From Amoebophrya sp. A120 (Eukaryota; Protista; Dinoflagellata): a DNA stretch of 64,000 nucleotides. A program made the translations under genes and the position numbers. This document shows positions 1-11,300 of this stretch, piece after piece; within the stretch, counting starts at the first letter, position 1; every line of letters begins with the position of its first letter. The stretch is taken from assembly GCA_905178155.1 (NCBI GenBank), contig CAJINV010000006.1:3098437-3162436 (forward strand), read 5' to 3'. The notes beneath the pieces are model-generated. The model was given only the letters and a program-made list of their open reading frames with translations. It did no database searches and was not told where the DNA came from.

Positions 1-214
1 TCTCTGCACCCTCTGAGGCACTTAGGCGCCGCCTTAAGGTGGGGCCTTCGGCGGGCTATACTCGCGCACCCTCTCGCCGACCCTCTCGAAAGGGGTCCCG
101 CGCCACCTCTCCACCTCTGTCGACCTCTTTTTTACCTCTTTTGACCTCTTTTTGACCTCTCGGCCACCTCTTGTTTGCCCTCTGTCTACCTCTTTTTTCG
201 CATGAATATAATAT

Positions 215-343
215 ATAGTAATCGCATGACAAATTTTTAGCCCAGCATTACAAATTTAAATTTGTAATGCTGATTCACCTGGAGAAAGAGATTTGTCATG
301 CATAAACGCAACTACTACGAGTACGATACTTCTGCACAGGATA
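215..343. mobile_element. Family B element, right part only, preceded by an ACCTCT-rich insert
   Basis: Ends TACGATACTTCTGCACAGGATA; GCATNACAA motifs. Confidence 0.75.
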
Positions 344-1002
344 CGATCAACGAGCTGGCGAGCCTGACCAACGACCCACTGTTTGCCGGGACGATTGAGT
401 ATTGTTTTGGTGTTTGTCATGCGGAACTTGCGTTGTGAGTTTGGTTTGTCATGCATAATCCGCATGTAGTGATTTAGATTTAGTGATATCGGATAATTAC
501 AATTATCACAGCTCCTTCGAGCGTCTCATCCAGAAGGGCGAATGGTACGACCCACAGCTCTTATGAATTGGAACGTGTCCTACTGGATGTTTTCTGGGTC
601 CTCTGCATTGTTGTACTTGTACTAGTTGTGTTGCAGTATTATAGATTGAGTGTCACCTCCGCATGCGCTTACTCAGTGTGATAGTGATTTTGTGTTTGAG
701 AAGACTTCTACGTACAGACCTCCATGGTTTTGTATCAGCATCACAACCTTGCACTTGGGTATGTTGATCCTGTCGCGCATCACAAACTCTTCGGACCCAG
801 AGCTTCCTCGAGAGGACTGTCTCCATGTGCATACCTCGCTGTTTTCTACGACTGGGAGGCCTACGACAACTAGATTTGTCGAACTTCTTGCTTCGCGGCC
901 GGGACGAGGTTGTGTACTTCCTGTTCATGGGACTCCAGCATGACAACCGGCAACCACACCAATCGACAGAAAAATTTCCGCATGTTGTTCTTCGTGGAGT
1001 AC

Positions 1003-1085
1003 TATCAAATGCAAAAGTGTCTGGGTCTGGAAACTTGTAATGCTGTGTTGGGAATAGTGAATTCTCTGTAATGCACAGCCAAGCA
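1003..1085. mobile_element. Truncated family A element (left end only)
   Basis: Near-identical to the left end of 31084-31336; no right TIR. Confidence 0.8.
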
Positions 1086-2290
1086 CTTCTTCATAACCTC
1101 CGGGTCGATTGGTAAGTACTCAACCACGGGAGCCGGAAGATCTTCGGAAACGCATTTGAATGAACAAAGGCCGCGCAGGTAGAAATCAGCGGGCAGCTCC
1201 TGCTTCTTGCCTTATAGTAGGTACTTGAATGACCACTATGAACTACACGAGCACCATAGCGTCTTCTTGTTGAAACGGCCGCGGCCAGGCTTTGGATCTA
1301 TATCAGGCGGCGCGCCGCCGTCCTGCCAAATGCATCACGACTCCTGATTGTACTAACTCGCCCTATCGCCGCAAGATGAACAAGGGAGGCAATAAATAAA
1401 TAAATGCAAGTAGTCTCAGTTTTGTGTGAAAAAATTTTACCTGGGTGTTCTTCTAATTGCAGCCTGAACTCAATGTGGAAGCCGCTAAATCCACTTCCGG
1501 TATTAATATCTTGTTGTAGTCGGTAATATCTTGTTGTAGTCGTTAGAGCATCTTCTCCGTACTGTTGAATCTGCTGTGCACGTGATGAAATTGAAATCAC
1601 ATCGGTCGTCCAACCCTCGTCCTAGAAGTCGTCCTCGTTCTCTCCTTCCACGTGGACTTTCGTTCGTGAATCGTGCGGTTTCCTCTTCGTACAACAGCAT
1701 AACGCTCGGTTTTTCTCGGTCTCGTCCATTCTTCCCCTACTTTGTGCTTCTAGGTGGTTTTTGGTTGTAAATTTCGCGTCCTAAAACTCTGCTTGTGATG
1801 TCTGTTGACTTCTATTTTACTCGGACCGTCGTCGAAGCTGGATACCATACTTACACGTACTGATTCATGGTTACTGTATGATATGTAGTTGCGTAATGTA
1901 CGTTTTCCCATAGGGCTTGTTTTTTTTCACTCTAAAAACGACATTGTCACTTGGCTTGCAGGAAGTAGTGCAATCTCGATCTCCAACATTTTCACCTCAA
2001 CCCTGACACGACAGATAAGCTCATCCCGCGAAATAAGAGTCTAGCTTTTCTTGCTCACCACCCCCACGCTCTTGTACTTTGTTCTTTTTCAACAGCTTTA
2101 CCGAAAATTCCGAATGAAACTACGACCAGAAAAAGAAAAAAGTAAATCGTTTCCGGAACAGAGCCTGTAGAAGCTGCATCGCGTAGTTCTTCTACTTCTT
2201 CGAAATCGAACCACTAATTCGCAGAAAAAGATAGCTCTTGCTCCCAGTCGTGCAGCGGAGCACCGGAAAATAAGTGCGACTCCGTCGAAG

Positions 2291-2877
2291 ATGATGCGTA
2301 CCACGCGCGATGAGAAGACCTCCGCAACAACCAGGTCGTCAGTCGGCGCCAGCAGTGCGGCCCGCCTGCTCTGCGCCGCCCTTCTCATCAAATTCTCCGA
2401 AAATGAAGATGGAGCAGCACTGCGAAGTGCGTTGGCGCTCTATGCATTGCAAAAGTATCGTACTAGTAAAAATAGCATTACAAATTTTTCCAGAACGAAA
2501 AATGGAATTCGTAATGCTGAATAAGCTAAGGAGCCAGATTTTTTGTCATGCATGACTGCAATTACTACAAGTGCGATGCTTTTGCACAGGATACGCTCTC
2601 TTTCAACGTGAAGCAGCAGCAGAAGAAGGCGCATGCACGTCGAAGCATTACTGTGCAGAAACCAGGCCGCGCGGGGACGGGGGAAAATCAAGCGGGGAAG
2701 CAGGACGCAGGAGTGTTGGGAACTACAGCTACGGGTCGCGGGACCGGCATTGCCACGGCGTCGGTGCAGAATGAGGTTGTGCCATCTGCGCAGGAAGCGG
2801 AAGTCCGGACGATGCCAGAAATGTCGTCCGCGTTCACGTATGGTCTTGTGAGCTGTTCCATTCCCATCTGCCACTGA
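2291..2877 (+). CDS. Hypothetical protein, ~142 aa, one introner
   Basis: ORF 2291 (..LRSALAL) joins ORF 2548 (SFNVKQQQ..) in frame after removing 2441-2593 plus one CGCTC. Confidence 0.5.
2441..2593. mobile_element. Introner family B
   Basis: TIR TATGCATTGCAAAAGTATCG; TSD CGCTC. Confidence 0.9.
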
Positions 2878-4006
2878 CTTTTTTTTTTGCGATACACGTG
2901 GACGCAAAAAGAACTCCAGTAGCTAGGGCTACCACTCGCCGGCAGCTGATGTGCATGACCAAAATCATGCCTGGTCGCGTGACAGGCCTGAATAAAGAAG
3001 TGCGTGTATAAATATTGTAAGTTTTGCAGTGCGGATTATGCGGATTGATCATGAAAGCGGAGTTAGAGCAGCGTAACAGAGGCATCTATTGAATGAAAAC
3101 GCGAGGTGAAGTCTACTCGCCTCGGACATTCGCAACATCTGCGATGTTCTTGTTACTCTGTCTATCGCAAACAGTTAAAAAGTAGAAAAAAAGACATTAC
3201 GTTTCTTGAGAATGGAACGGTTGAGGAGGCCATAGTACAAATACGGAAGTAAACAGTACAGCGGGTCGTGGAATGGGGTTCCTGGAAGAGTCGTTAGCTG
3301 GAACAGGACACAACACCGGATATTTCTATTGTCGCACTTGCATGAAGCACAGCTGGTTAGCTTTTGTGGACGTGAACACCGGCCGTCGAACCGTCTGGCA
3401 GATGAAGGACACTGTTTTGAAACTCGACCACAGCATCAGCGAAAAAACTGGAGGCTCGGCTGCAGACGAGCTGACAAAGGAGTTCGAGCAGAGGTAGCAA
3501 AGTGAAAAGTGCCAGGTCGTGGTGCCGTCTCGAGAAATGTTGTTGAACGCCAGCTCCTGTCGCCAGGCCATTTTTGCGCTTTCCTCGTGAATAAACTATA
3601 ATCCTCGACGAGATGCGTGGTTATTTGCAGAAGAGAAATTCAATCCAAAATGGATGCCGAAGGAACTCTGCATTTTTGCTGTCTTCGTGCGCATTGTCTT
3701 CACCAGCATGCAGTGTAGCTGAAGACAACTGCCATGAAGATCATGGAGCAGGAGGCAGTCTCCTGCTGCTCGATTCTGTCATAGTACCAGAACGAGTCGA
3801 GATCGAGTTCTAGTCGTGCAGGTGCTTGCAAATCGTGCTGGAACATCAAGGACGATTTTTGCATGGTTTCTCACTGTCGCTGAAATTGATTCTAATTCGT
3901 AATTCTTTTGAGCTGCGCTAGAGGTAGAGCTAGCACAAATCGCAAAAATTCGCGTTGTTGTCGAAGTAGTTGCTGATGATTTGAAAAAAGAGCTGTAGCG
4001 ACTTTT

Positions 4007-4522
4007 TTGTGGCAAATGAAATATTTATTCTCCTCGTCCTTCCTTCTATCTCAGACCACGGAGACGGACCGGACCCGGAGCGCTTTTCATTTTGATACAA
4101 GGTGGGAAATGTGTGGGGGCACGGGTCATGGAGGCAGCTGCATGCACCGCCTTATGTATGCGCACTGGCGTGGGGATGTGATGAGCGGCATAATGGCGGA
4201 GACGCACGTTGTCGACCATAACTATTTAATGTGGCATGACTACAAAATCGGGGCGGATGAATCGAATGGCCTGGGCTGGATGAATCGAATGGCCCCCGTC
4301 GGGTGGGATCTTATGGGCGATGCTTGGAAGACTATTCAGGAGGAACTGCAAAAAGCTTCCGATGAATTCGGAAGTGCGCTCAAGGTGATGAGCCTGTCAT
4401 GTGATGGCAGAGCGTTCGACTCTTCAGGAAGGGGCTATTGCCCTTTTGGTTCTCGCGACACGTGGAACGACCACGGCAATGACGCCATAACGGAGAAGAC
4501 GAAGCAAGAACTATCAAAATGA
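4007..4522 (+). CDS. Possible hypothetical protein or exon
   Basis: 171-aa uninterrupted ORF with protein-like composition; start uncertain; no recognised domain. Confidence 0.3.
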   Translation: MWQMKYLFSSSFLLSQTTETDRTRSAFHFDTRWEMCGGTGHGGSCMHRLMYAHWRGDVMSGIMAETHVVDHNYLMWHDYKIGADESNGLGWMNRMAPVGWDLMGDAWKTIQEELQKASDEFGSALKVMSLSCDGRAFDSSGRGYCPFGSRDTWNDHGNDAITEKTKQELSK

Positions 4523-4973
4523 AAAGTCCCCCGCTGAGCTCCCCAGATGCAAAACAAAGGCCCGGCGGGTGCAGGATTATTTGCGTGCGCGTCTTGTTGC
4601 AGAAGTAAGAAACCTCCGCAGCCACGTCCTCAGCCTGTTTACGTTTAGGGGCAGGAAGGTCTAGCTTTGCATTTTGGCAAACGCCTGCCCGGTAGACCCA
4701 GCACCGGGACGAGGAATCGCCTCCATCAAGCGGGGGCGCACACCTCATCGACCTGCGCTTGCCTTCTTGCAAGACAAAAAAGCGGCCACAAATCTGCATA
4801 TAGGTCCTCCCAAGTTTTCCTTTACCTTTTGAGTGTGGGGAGCAGGGTGGGACTTTTCCTAGCGATAAGAATGCTTAGACAAGGCGTGTTGTAAGCAGAC
4901 GGAGCGCGGGTCTTCAGGGTGGTTCGGCGATGACTACAAATGCGCGGGAGAAAACTTTGAACAGCTCTCAGCC

Positions 4974-5477
4974 TTGTTGCAGACCAGCCCTCTCGCAGAA
5001 TCCATCGACAGAACATCTTCAATGAGCAGCGAGGACTGGGGAGATTTTCCACTAACCCCCGCCACGACCACTCCAGCGCCGACCACGCAACCGCCGACCA
5101 CGCCGCTGGCGACCACGCCGCAGCCGACCACGCCGCTGGCAACCACGGAGCAGCCGACCACGCAACCGCCGACCACGCCGCTGGCGACCACGCCGCAGCC
5201 GACCACGCCGCTGGCAACCACGGAGCAGCCGACCACGCAACCGCCGACCACGCCGCTGGCGACCACGCCGCAGCCGACCACGCCGCTGGCAACCACGGAG
5301 CAGCCGACCACGCAACTGCCGACCACGACCCCCGCTCCGAAAGTTGATGCGCTTTCTGAGGTGGGAGCTGTGGGGCTTGGGGAAGGCGGCGGTGGCGTCG
5401 CTGGCGAACCCTCTGGCGCTCCGCAAGCTGATGCGGCTTCCGAGGTGGGAGACCCGCCCAGCGGCCAGTGTTGTTGA
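4974..5477 (+). CDS. Possible mucin-like Pro/Thr-rich exon
   Basis: ORF encoding [25 protein letters not shown] repeats; boundaries uncertain. Confidence 0.4.
   Translation: MLQTSPLAESIDRTSSMSSEDWGDFPLTPATTTPAPTTQPPTTPLATTPQPTTPLATTEQPTTQPPTTPLATTPQPTTPLATTEQPTTQPPTTPLATTPQPTTPLATTEQPTTQLPTTTPAPKVDALSEVGAVGLGEGGGGVAGEPSGAPQADAASEVGDPPSGQCC
5079..5330 (+). repeat. 75-bp tandem repeat, ~3.3 copies
   Basis: ccgaccacgcaaccgccgaccacgccgctggcg... repeated with a 25-codon period. Confidence 0.9.
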
Positions 5478-7402
5478 GGTTTCAACCTTGAACAGCGAGG
5501 GAACACTCTGTTGTGCAACCTGTAAGCACTACTAGACATCAGTGCCACAGCGCCCCATGCTCTAGCTTTGCGCCTTGTGACTACATGATATAACTGCAGC
5601 GAGGAGAGCGACAGCACAAGTGCTTTCTTTATAAGTAGTCCAAAGAGAAATTTCATTTAGAAGAATTTAGATTTTCATCGTTCACGTGCATCTACATGCC
5701 TAATCCTATACATTGTTTTCCTCTACGAACAAACCTTTTTTGGCAGCAAGCAACTTTCAAAACGTCAGTCGGTTTTTTACAACAACTTTTTCGTCAGCAG
5801 CAGTAGCTTGTTTTACTTTTTATCTTTTCACATCCTCAGCAGCAAGGTGGAGTGTGCTTTTTTCACATCCTCGCACGCATTTACGTTTTACTCAAAAAAA
5901 GCTTCATCTCGTGGTCCCAGACTAGAATAGGAATTTGGTAGGCAGATCCTGCCTGCTACGTGGCCATATCCTGGTTACTTGTACTTATCCTCCCCGAAAA
6001 TACGGACCCCGAACATATCGACCCGGGCCTGACCCCCGTTTCTTTTGGTCAGAGTCTTCCATTAAGTATAATTTCATACTGCACTTATTTCTGCCGCCGT
6101 GCTTTCAGCGACAGTTCTAAACGCGACAGTTGCAAAGGCGAAGCTGCCTCGGTGCGCGACTTCGAAGTGCACCCAGAAGTAGCACCAGGCACCACGCACA
6201 AAGCAACACGATTGTAGTAGTTTTCCTCGCGAAAAAGTATCCAGTCACGAAACAAAGCAAGGCAACCAAGGCAGCACCCCCGCAGCGCCGTGACCACAGC
6301 CACCTTTTCCGAGATATGAGATTCTTTCACGTAAAAGCCCACTTTAATATCACTCAGGAACCAAAAGGATGCGAGCAAGCAAGCTGCAAGTACTTATCCT
6401 CAACATCGTGAAGACGCTTATGTTGGGCAACGAGTGCTTCTGTAGCGTATTTTTTTCCGGATTTTATTGCTTTTTTTGGCTTTTTGGGTCTTCGGCTGCT
6501 GCAAAAAAATTGTTTTGTCCCCCAAATAAAAGTGTATAGGCCGCCGCCCCTACGGCCAACTATAAGGGTAAGGGAGCCCCCCCTCAAGGTCAATAACAAT
6601 AGGTGTGCGCGCTTTTGTTCGGTTTTTGCCTTATGGAGAAATGTTTGTAGAAGTCCCTGGCCACGGTCAGTTACTTACATTATACACTTTAGAAAAAATG
6701 CGCTTCGTTTTTAGAACTGGAAGTAGTTGCTGTGGTCTAGGACTTGGCTTCTCCGATGAAAGTCGTGAAGTGGCGACCAAATTCAAACTCCTGAAACACC
6801 CCGCGCGAAAAGGCATGTAGCCCACACTGCTACTAAAAGCTGGAGACGACCAATAAGAACTCGCGGCGGTCGCAGCTTTTTCATTCTCTTGAGCACCGGA
6901 CTAATTCGCACACTGACGGAATTGGCACCCACCCCGAGAAAGATATAAAAATCCAACCGAAAAGAACCCTAGCCCCGCGGGCGGCTCCTGCATTCGGCGA
7001 CCCACTAGGCAGATTTTACGTATGTCTAGTGCAGTGTCAGCAGACGAAGCCCGGGGGGTGATCATGGGTAGTACGCACAAAACGGCTGTCGCACCGGTGC
7101 GCAACCTAGTAAGCCCATCATGCCTCGCTCGTGTTCCAGCCCTTCACTCGGGGCCTAGTGAAAATCGCGAAGGATTCATATGTGAGCATCGAAGCGCCGA
7201 ACAAGAGCTCACATCGTAGCCGCATTTCTCTTTTCAGGCCGTCCTACTCAAAAATGATCAAACAGGGACAGGTTTTTTCATATTATAGTCAGTAGCCTGT
7301 ATTAAGATGAAGATCGATGAAAAAGTAGATATTTATGTCGCTTTCGGTTCCGAATGCGTGCAATTCTTTTTATCTCTGGTTTATTAGCCCCCTCGCCCCC
7401 GC

Positions 7403-7611
7403 TATCCAAGAAAAAAACATTGTAGGTGTAACTTTTTTGGAGGAACAGCATTACAAATTTGTCTGGCATGACAGCAAAAACCTGTCATGCGCAGATAGTA
7501 TCTGAAAACGCCCTTTGATGGGCCCTACGATGCATGCCAAGCATGACAGACGCAATCATCTTGCATGTTGCGCATCACAAATCTACACTAACAACGTTTT
7601 TTTCTTGGATA
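7403..7611. mobile_element. Introner family C
   Basis: TIR TATCCAAGAAAAAAA; TSD CCCGC. Confidence 0.9.
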
Positions 7612-7675
7612 CCCGCTCCGCAGTCTCCTCGAATTGGTCGTGGACCACGTTGACAATTGGAAGCCGGGGGCTGGT

Positions 7676-7927
7676 TATGGATTGTAAAAGTGTCTGGGTC
7701 TGGAAACTTGTGATGCTGGGTGGCGTATCATGAGGAGGCCACAAGTGCTGGCTCAGCATGACAAGTTTCTGAGCTTCTATATGATGCCTATTCTGCATGA
7801 CAAACTGCGTTTTTGCATGACAGAAAAGTTGGGCTCTTGAGTAACGTGCATGACAGATTTAAGAGTCATGCCAGACAAGCATGACAAACTTGCATTCTTC
7901 CAGACCCAGACATTTTTACAGTGGATA
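7676..7927. mobile_element. Introner family A (252-bp subfamily)
   Basis: TIR ..TGTCTGGGTCTGGAA; TSD CTGGT. Confidence 0.9.
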
Positions 7928-8082
7928 CTGGTCCCTGATGAATCGGTCTACTTCTCGGAGAAAAAGCCCCGAAGCACTACTTCTCCTGGCGGCAAAACAG
8001 ACGCAATAAAGCCATCTTCTCTACTACTTCGCCCCCAGGGGACAAGACGTAGTCTTGCGTCACCCCTGTGTAAGTAGTCGGC

Positions 8083-8350
8083 TATGAATTGCAAATATGT
8101 CTGGGTCTGGAAGGATGCAAGGTTTGTCATGCACGTTTTGCGCGACTCCTGATGTCTGTGATGCATGCCCTAGCATAACAAATTTTTTGAGGGCTTCCTG
8201 ATGCCTCTATCGCATAAGAAATGCCCTCTCGCCCTGGCAAAAACTGGACCTCTTTTGCTGTTCATGCAATACAAATTTTTGTAGAATTCATACGCATCTG
8301 CATCACAAGTTGCATCCTTCCAGAGGACCCAGACATATTTGCAATGCATA
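8083..8350. mobile_element. Introner family A
   Basis: TSD TCGGC. Confidence 0.9.
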
Positions 8351-8371
8351 TCGGCACAACAAGAACGAGAG

Positions 8372-11300
8372 ATGGCCGCCACGACTTCACCCGCCGGGGC
8401 CAGTCCGGATTCTCTCATCACTGGGGGACCTCCACAAGAAGGTGGTTCTGCTGCGGCTCCATTTCTTCCTGCGGAGCAGATGGACCGGCTGCGCCAGGAC
8501 GACCGCGGTGGTGGTCAACAGAGAAATGGTTCCCCGGTTACTATGGGTTTACAAGAAGAACTTGGGGCGGATTCTAATTTGAATCCAAATTACGCTGGAG
8601 CTGCAGAGCGGGAAGATGGTGGTGGGCGTGAAGATTCATCTGGCAAGCCAACTTTTTATCCTCCAACCGGGCCCGGCCCAGCAGGTACAGTCGAATCGAA
8701 AGCCAAAGCCAAAGCCGGTCCACCTGGAAGTAGACCACAATTGTCCGCATATCAAATGCAAAAATGTCTGGGTCTGGAAGAATTGGAACTTGTCATGCTA
8801 ACTGTGGTCTCTAAAAAAATCTGTCTTGCATGACCAGCAAGAGGAGTTTAGTTTGTGCTACGCGGGGAGGGCGTTTGGCATGCGGAGTAGGCATCAGGAA
8901 GCCCTCTAAAAATCTGCGACGCTAGGTCGTGCATTACAGACATCCTGGGTCATGCAAAACATGCATGACAAGTCTCAGAATCTTCCAGACCCAGACGCTT
9001 TTGCATTTGATACCGCAAAAGCCAAACCCAAACCGGGAAGTCGAAGTCCTCCGAAGAAACTCACGATATTACAGCGAAAAATGCCCCCACCCCCACAATT
9101 GCAATATATTTGTTTTGCGAAGTTTCCGTATGAGAGCTTTTTGTCGTGCAGGAAAGGACTATGAATCTTTATCTTTCTGATGCAGAGTCTAGGCGTATGT
9201 AGCATCGCTTGCATGTTGAGAAGTGCCACTCTTCCTGGGATCTTTTGCAATACAAAGTTTTGCTGGAGAGTGCACGACTGAAAAGCTGTGACGCTGATAG
9301 ATGCAAGAGGGCGACTGTTTCACTTGGAAAGGTTTGCAATACAAATGCCCCCAAGTTCTGCGGTGGAGGCGTTTTTCATTGTAAGACACGAAGCGGCAAC
9401 TCGAAAAGATGCACAAAACGGACGCGGCGCTGCACAAGTTGCAGCAGAGCGACAAAAATGTGTGGCTGTCGGCGCGACGGGAAGAACCGGCGCCGGATCA
9501 TCTTGTGTTATCTCGCCAGCAGGTGCTGCAAATGCACGATCACAACCAGGATCCGGAAATTCCGCACCCGATATCCAAGAAAGAAAGGTTGTACTTCGTA
9601 TACTTGTTTTTTCAAGGTGGAACAGCATTACAAATCTGTCTCGCAACATGAGAGCAAAAACTTGTCATGCGCAGATAGCATCCCTTTTCAAAGGCGCTTG
9701 AATGGACCCTGAAATCATGCCTGTCCAACATGACAGACGCCATCATCTTGCGTGTTGCGCATCACAACCACCACGTTGCACTTAACAATGTTTTTTTTCT
9801 GGATACCCCAAGCACTACAACCACTACCCCGATGAGGTGCGATATGGATGTGTCAGGTTTGAAATCGTCAAAGTTGAAATAGTTTGTGATGCATAAAATG
9901 CAAGGCATGAAGTACCTGTCTTGCCGGGATGGCAAGTGAGGCAGATTGTGAGCCTATTTAGGGTTTGGGATACAGCTGCTAAAGGGGCATGACAAAAGCA
10001 GTCTTCTGTGCCCAAATAGCATGACAAATTGGATTCCGGTGCTCCGAAAAGTTGTCATGCGCCGCTTGGACATTGGTCTTCCAACTGGTATCCATTTTAT
10101 GCATGACAAATTATTTCAACTTTGTCGATTTCCAACCTGCTGACGCTTCCATATGCGACCTGTGTCCGCGGACGAGGATTTTCGCAGTCACGAAACCACG
10201 CACGCCAAGCATTTCAGGCTGATGCTGGATCCGAACGGACTCCATGAACGTCATCTGTATCCCTGGGAGATCCAAGAAAAACTTCTCGCGGCGGAAATGG
10301 CCGCCGCGGCAGAGAAGAGGGAGGTGGTTTACCCCTGGGAGCAGCATGCGGAGGGAGAAGCGGCGGCCCCGCCGGAGGAAGTCATCTACCCGTGGGAACA
10401 GGTCGAGGCGCCCCCTGAAATAAAACCATATCCATTGCAACCACGAGTCTGGGCATGGGTACTAATGTGTGTTGTGCGTCTTGCAAGAGTAGAGCAAGTA
10501 GATCTTGAAAGTGCACAAATCTCGCTCGGACGAGGTCTTGTGGCCAGTTTTTCTGTGATGCTGTAAGTAGCGAGGAGTGGCAAGAAGAATCATGCTTGTC
10601 ATTCTCTCATGCCGTCCAAAAGTCCTCTCCCTGCGGCAAGCAAAAATCACCGTACACAAAAACTTATCTGACTCGCCACCAGACGCAGACATCTTTGCAA
10701 TGCACAACTCACCAGAGCAGATCCAGATTTACCCCTGGGAAGCGCAAATTCCGGAGCAGAAAGAGGAAAAAATAGTATGGGACTCTCAATTGTTACATTC
10801 TCAACTGTTACATGAATTTGTAATGCAAGAACGGCGAAAGTGAAAGGGACAAGATTGCGCCTTTTGCATTACAGATTTGGCACAGATTTACATGCTGTTT
10901 AGCCCTTCGGATATTTGTCATGCGAAGCAGCTTAATCGTGGCGATCTTGGTGGCAAATTTGCATGACAAATCATGTAACAGTTGAGAGTGTAACAGTTGA
11001 GAACGCCATAAAAAGTCGTCTACCCGTGGGAACAGATTCCGGTGCCCCCGCCCATACCTGAGGTGTATCCGTGGGAGCAGGCCGCGGTTCCGATCTACGA
11101 GAAAATTTACGAGGCTATGAACTGCAAAAGTAAGAAAGTATCGTACTCGTATAAATGCGTTACAAATTTCCTCAGCGTGAGAGCTAAAACTTGTAATGCG
11201 GATTTACCTGAACAAAACGATTTGTAATGCATGACTGCAGTATTGCGAGTGCGATACTTTTGCACAGGATAGAGGCGAACCAGCAGCAACTACAGCAGCT

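Noticed and set aside
8070-8080. Stop-codon reassignment to explain fragmented ORFs
   Set aside because: Fragmentation is fully explained by the insertions, and TAA, TAG and TGA all terminate rebuilt genes.
7388-8371. 5' extension of the 8372 gene across elements 7403, 7676 and 8083
   Set aside because: An in-frame TAG lies at 8075-8077 and an alternative frame ends at TGA ~7936. This could be UTR or the end of another gene; unresolved without RNA data.
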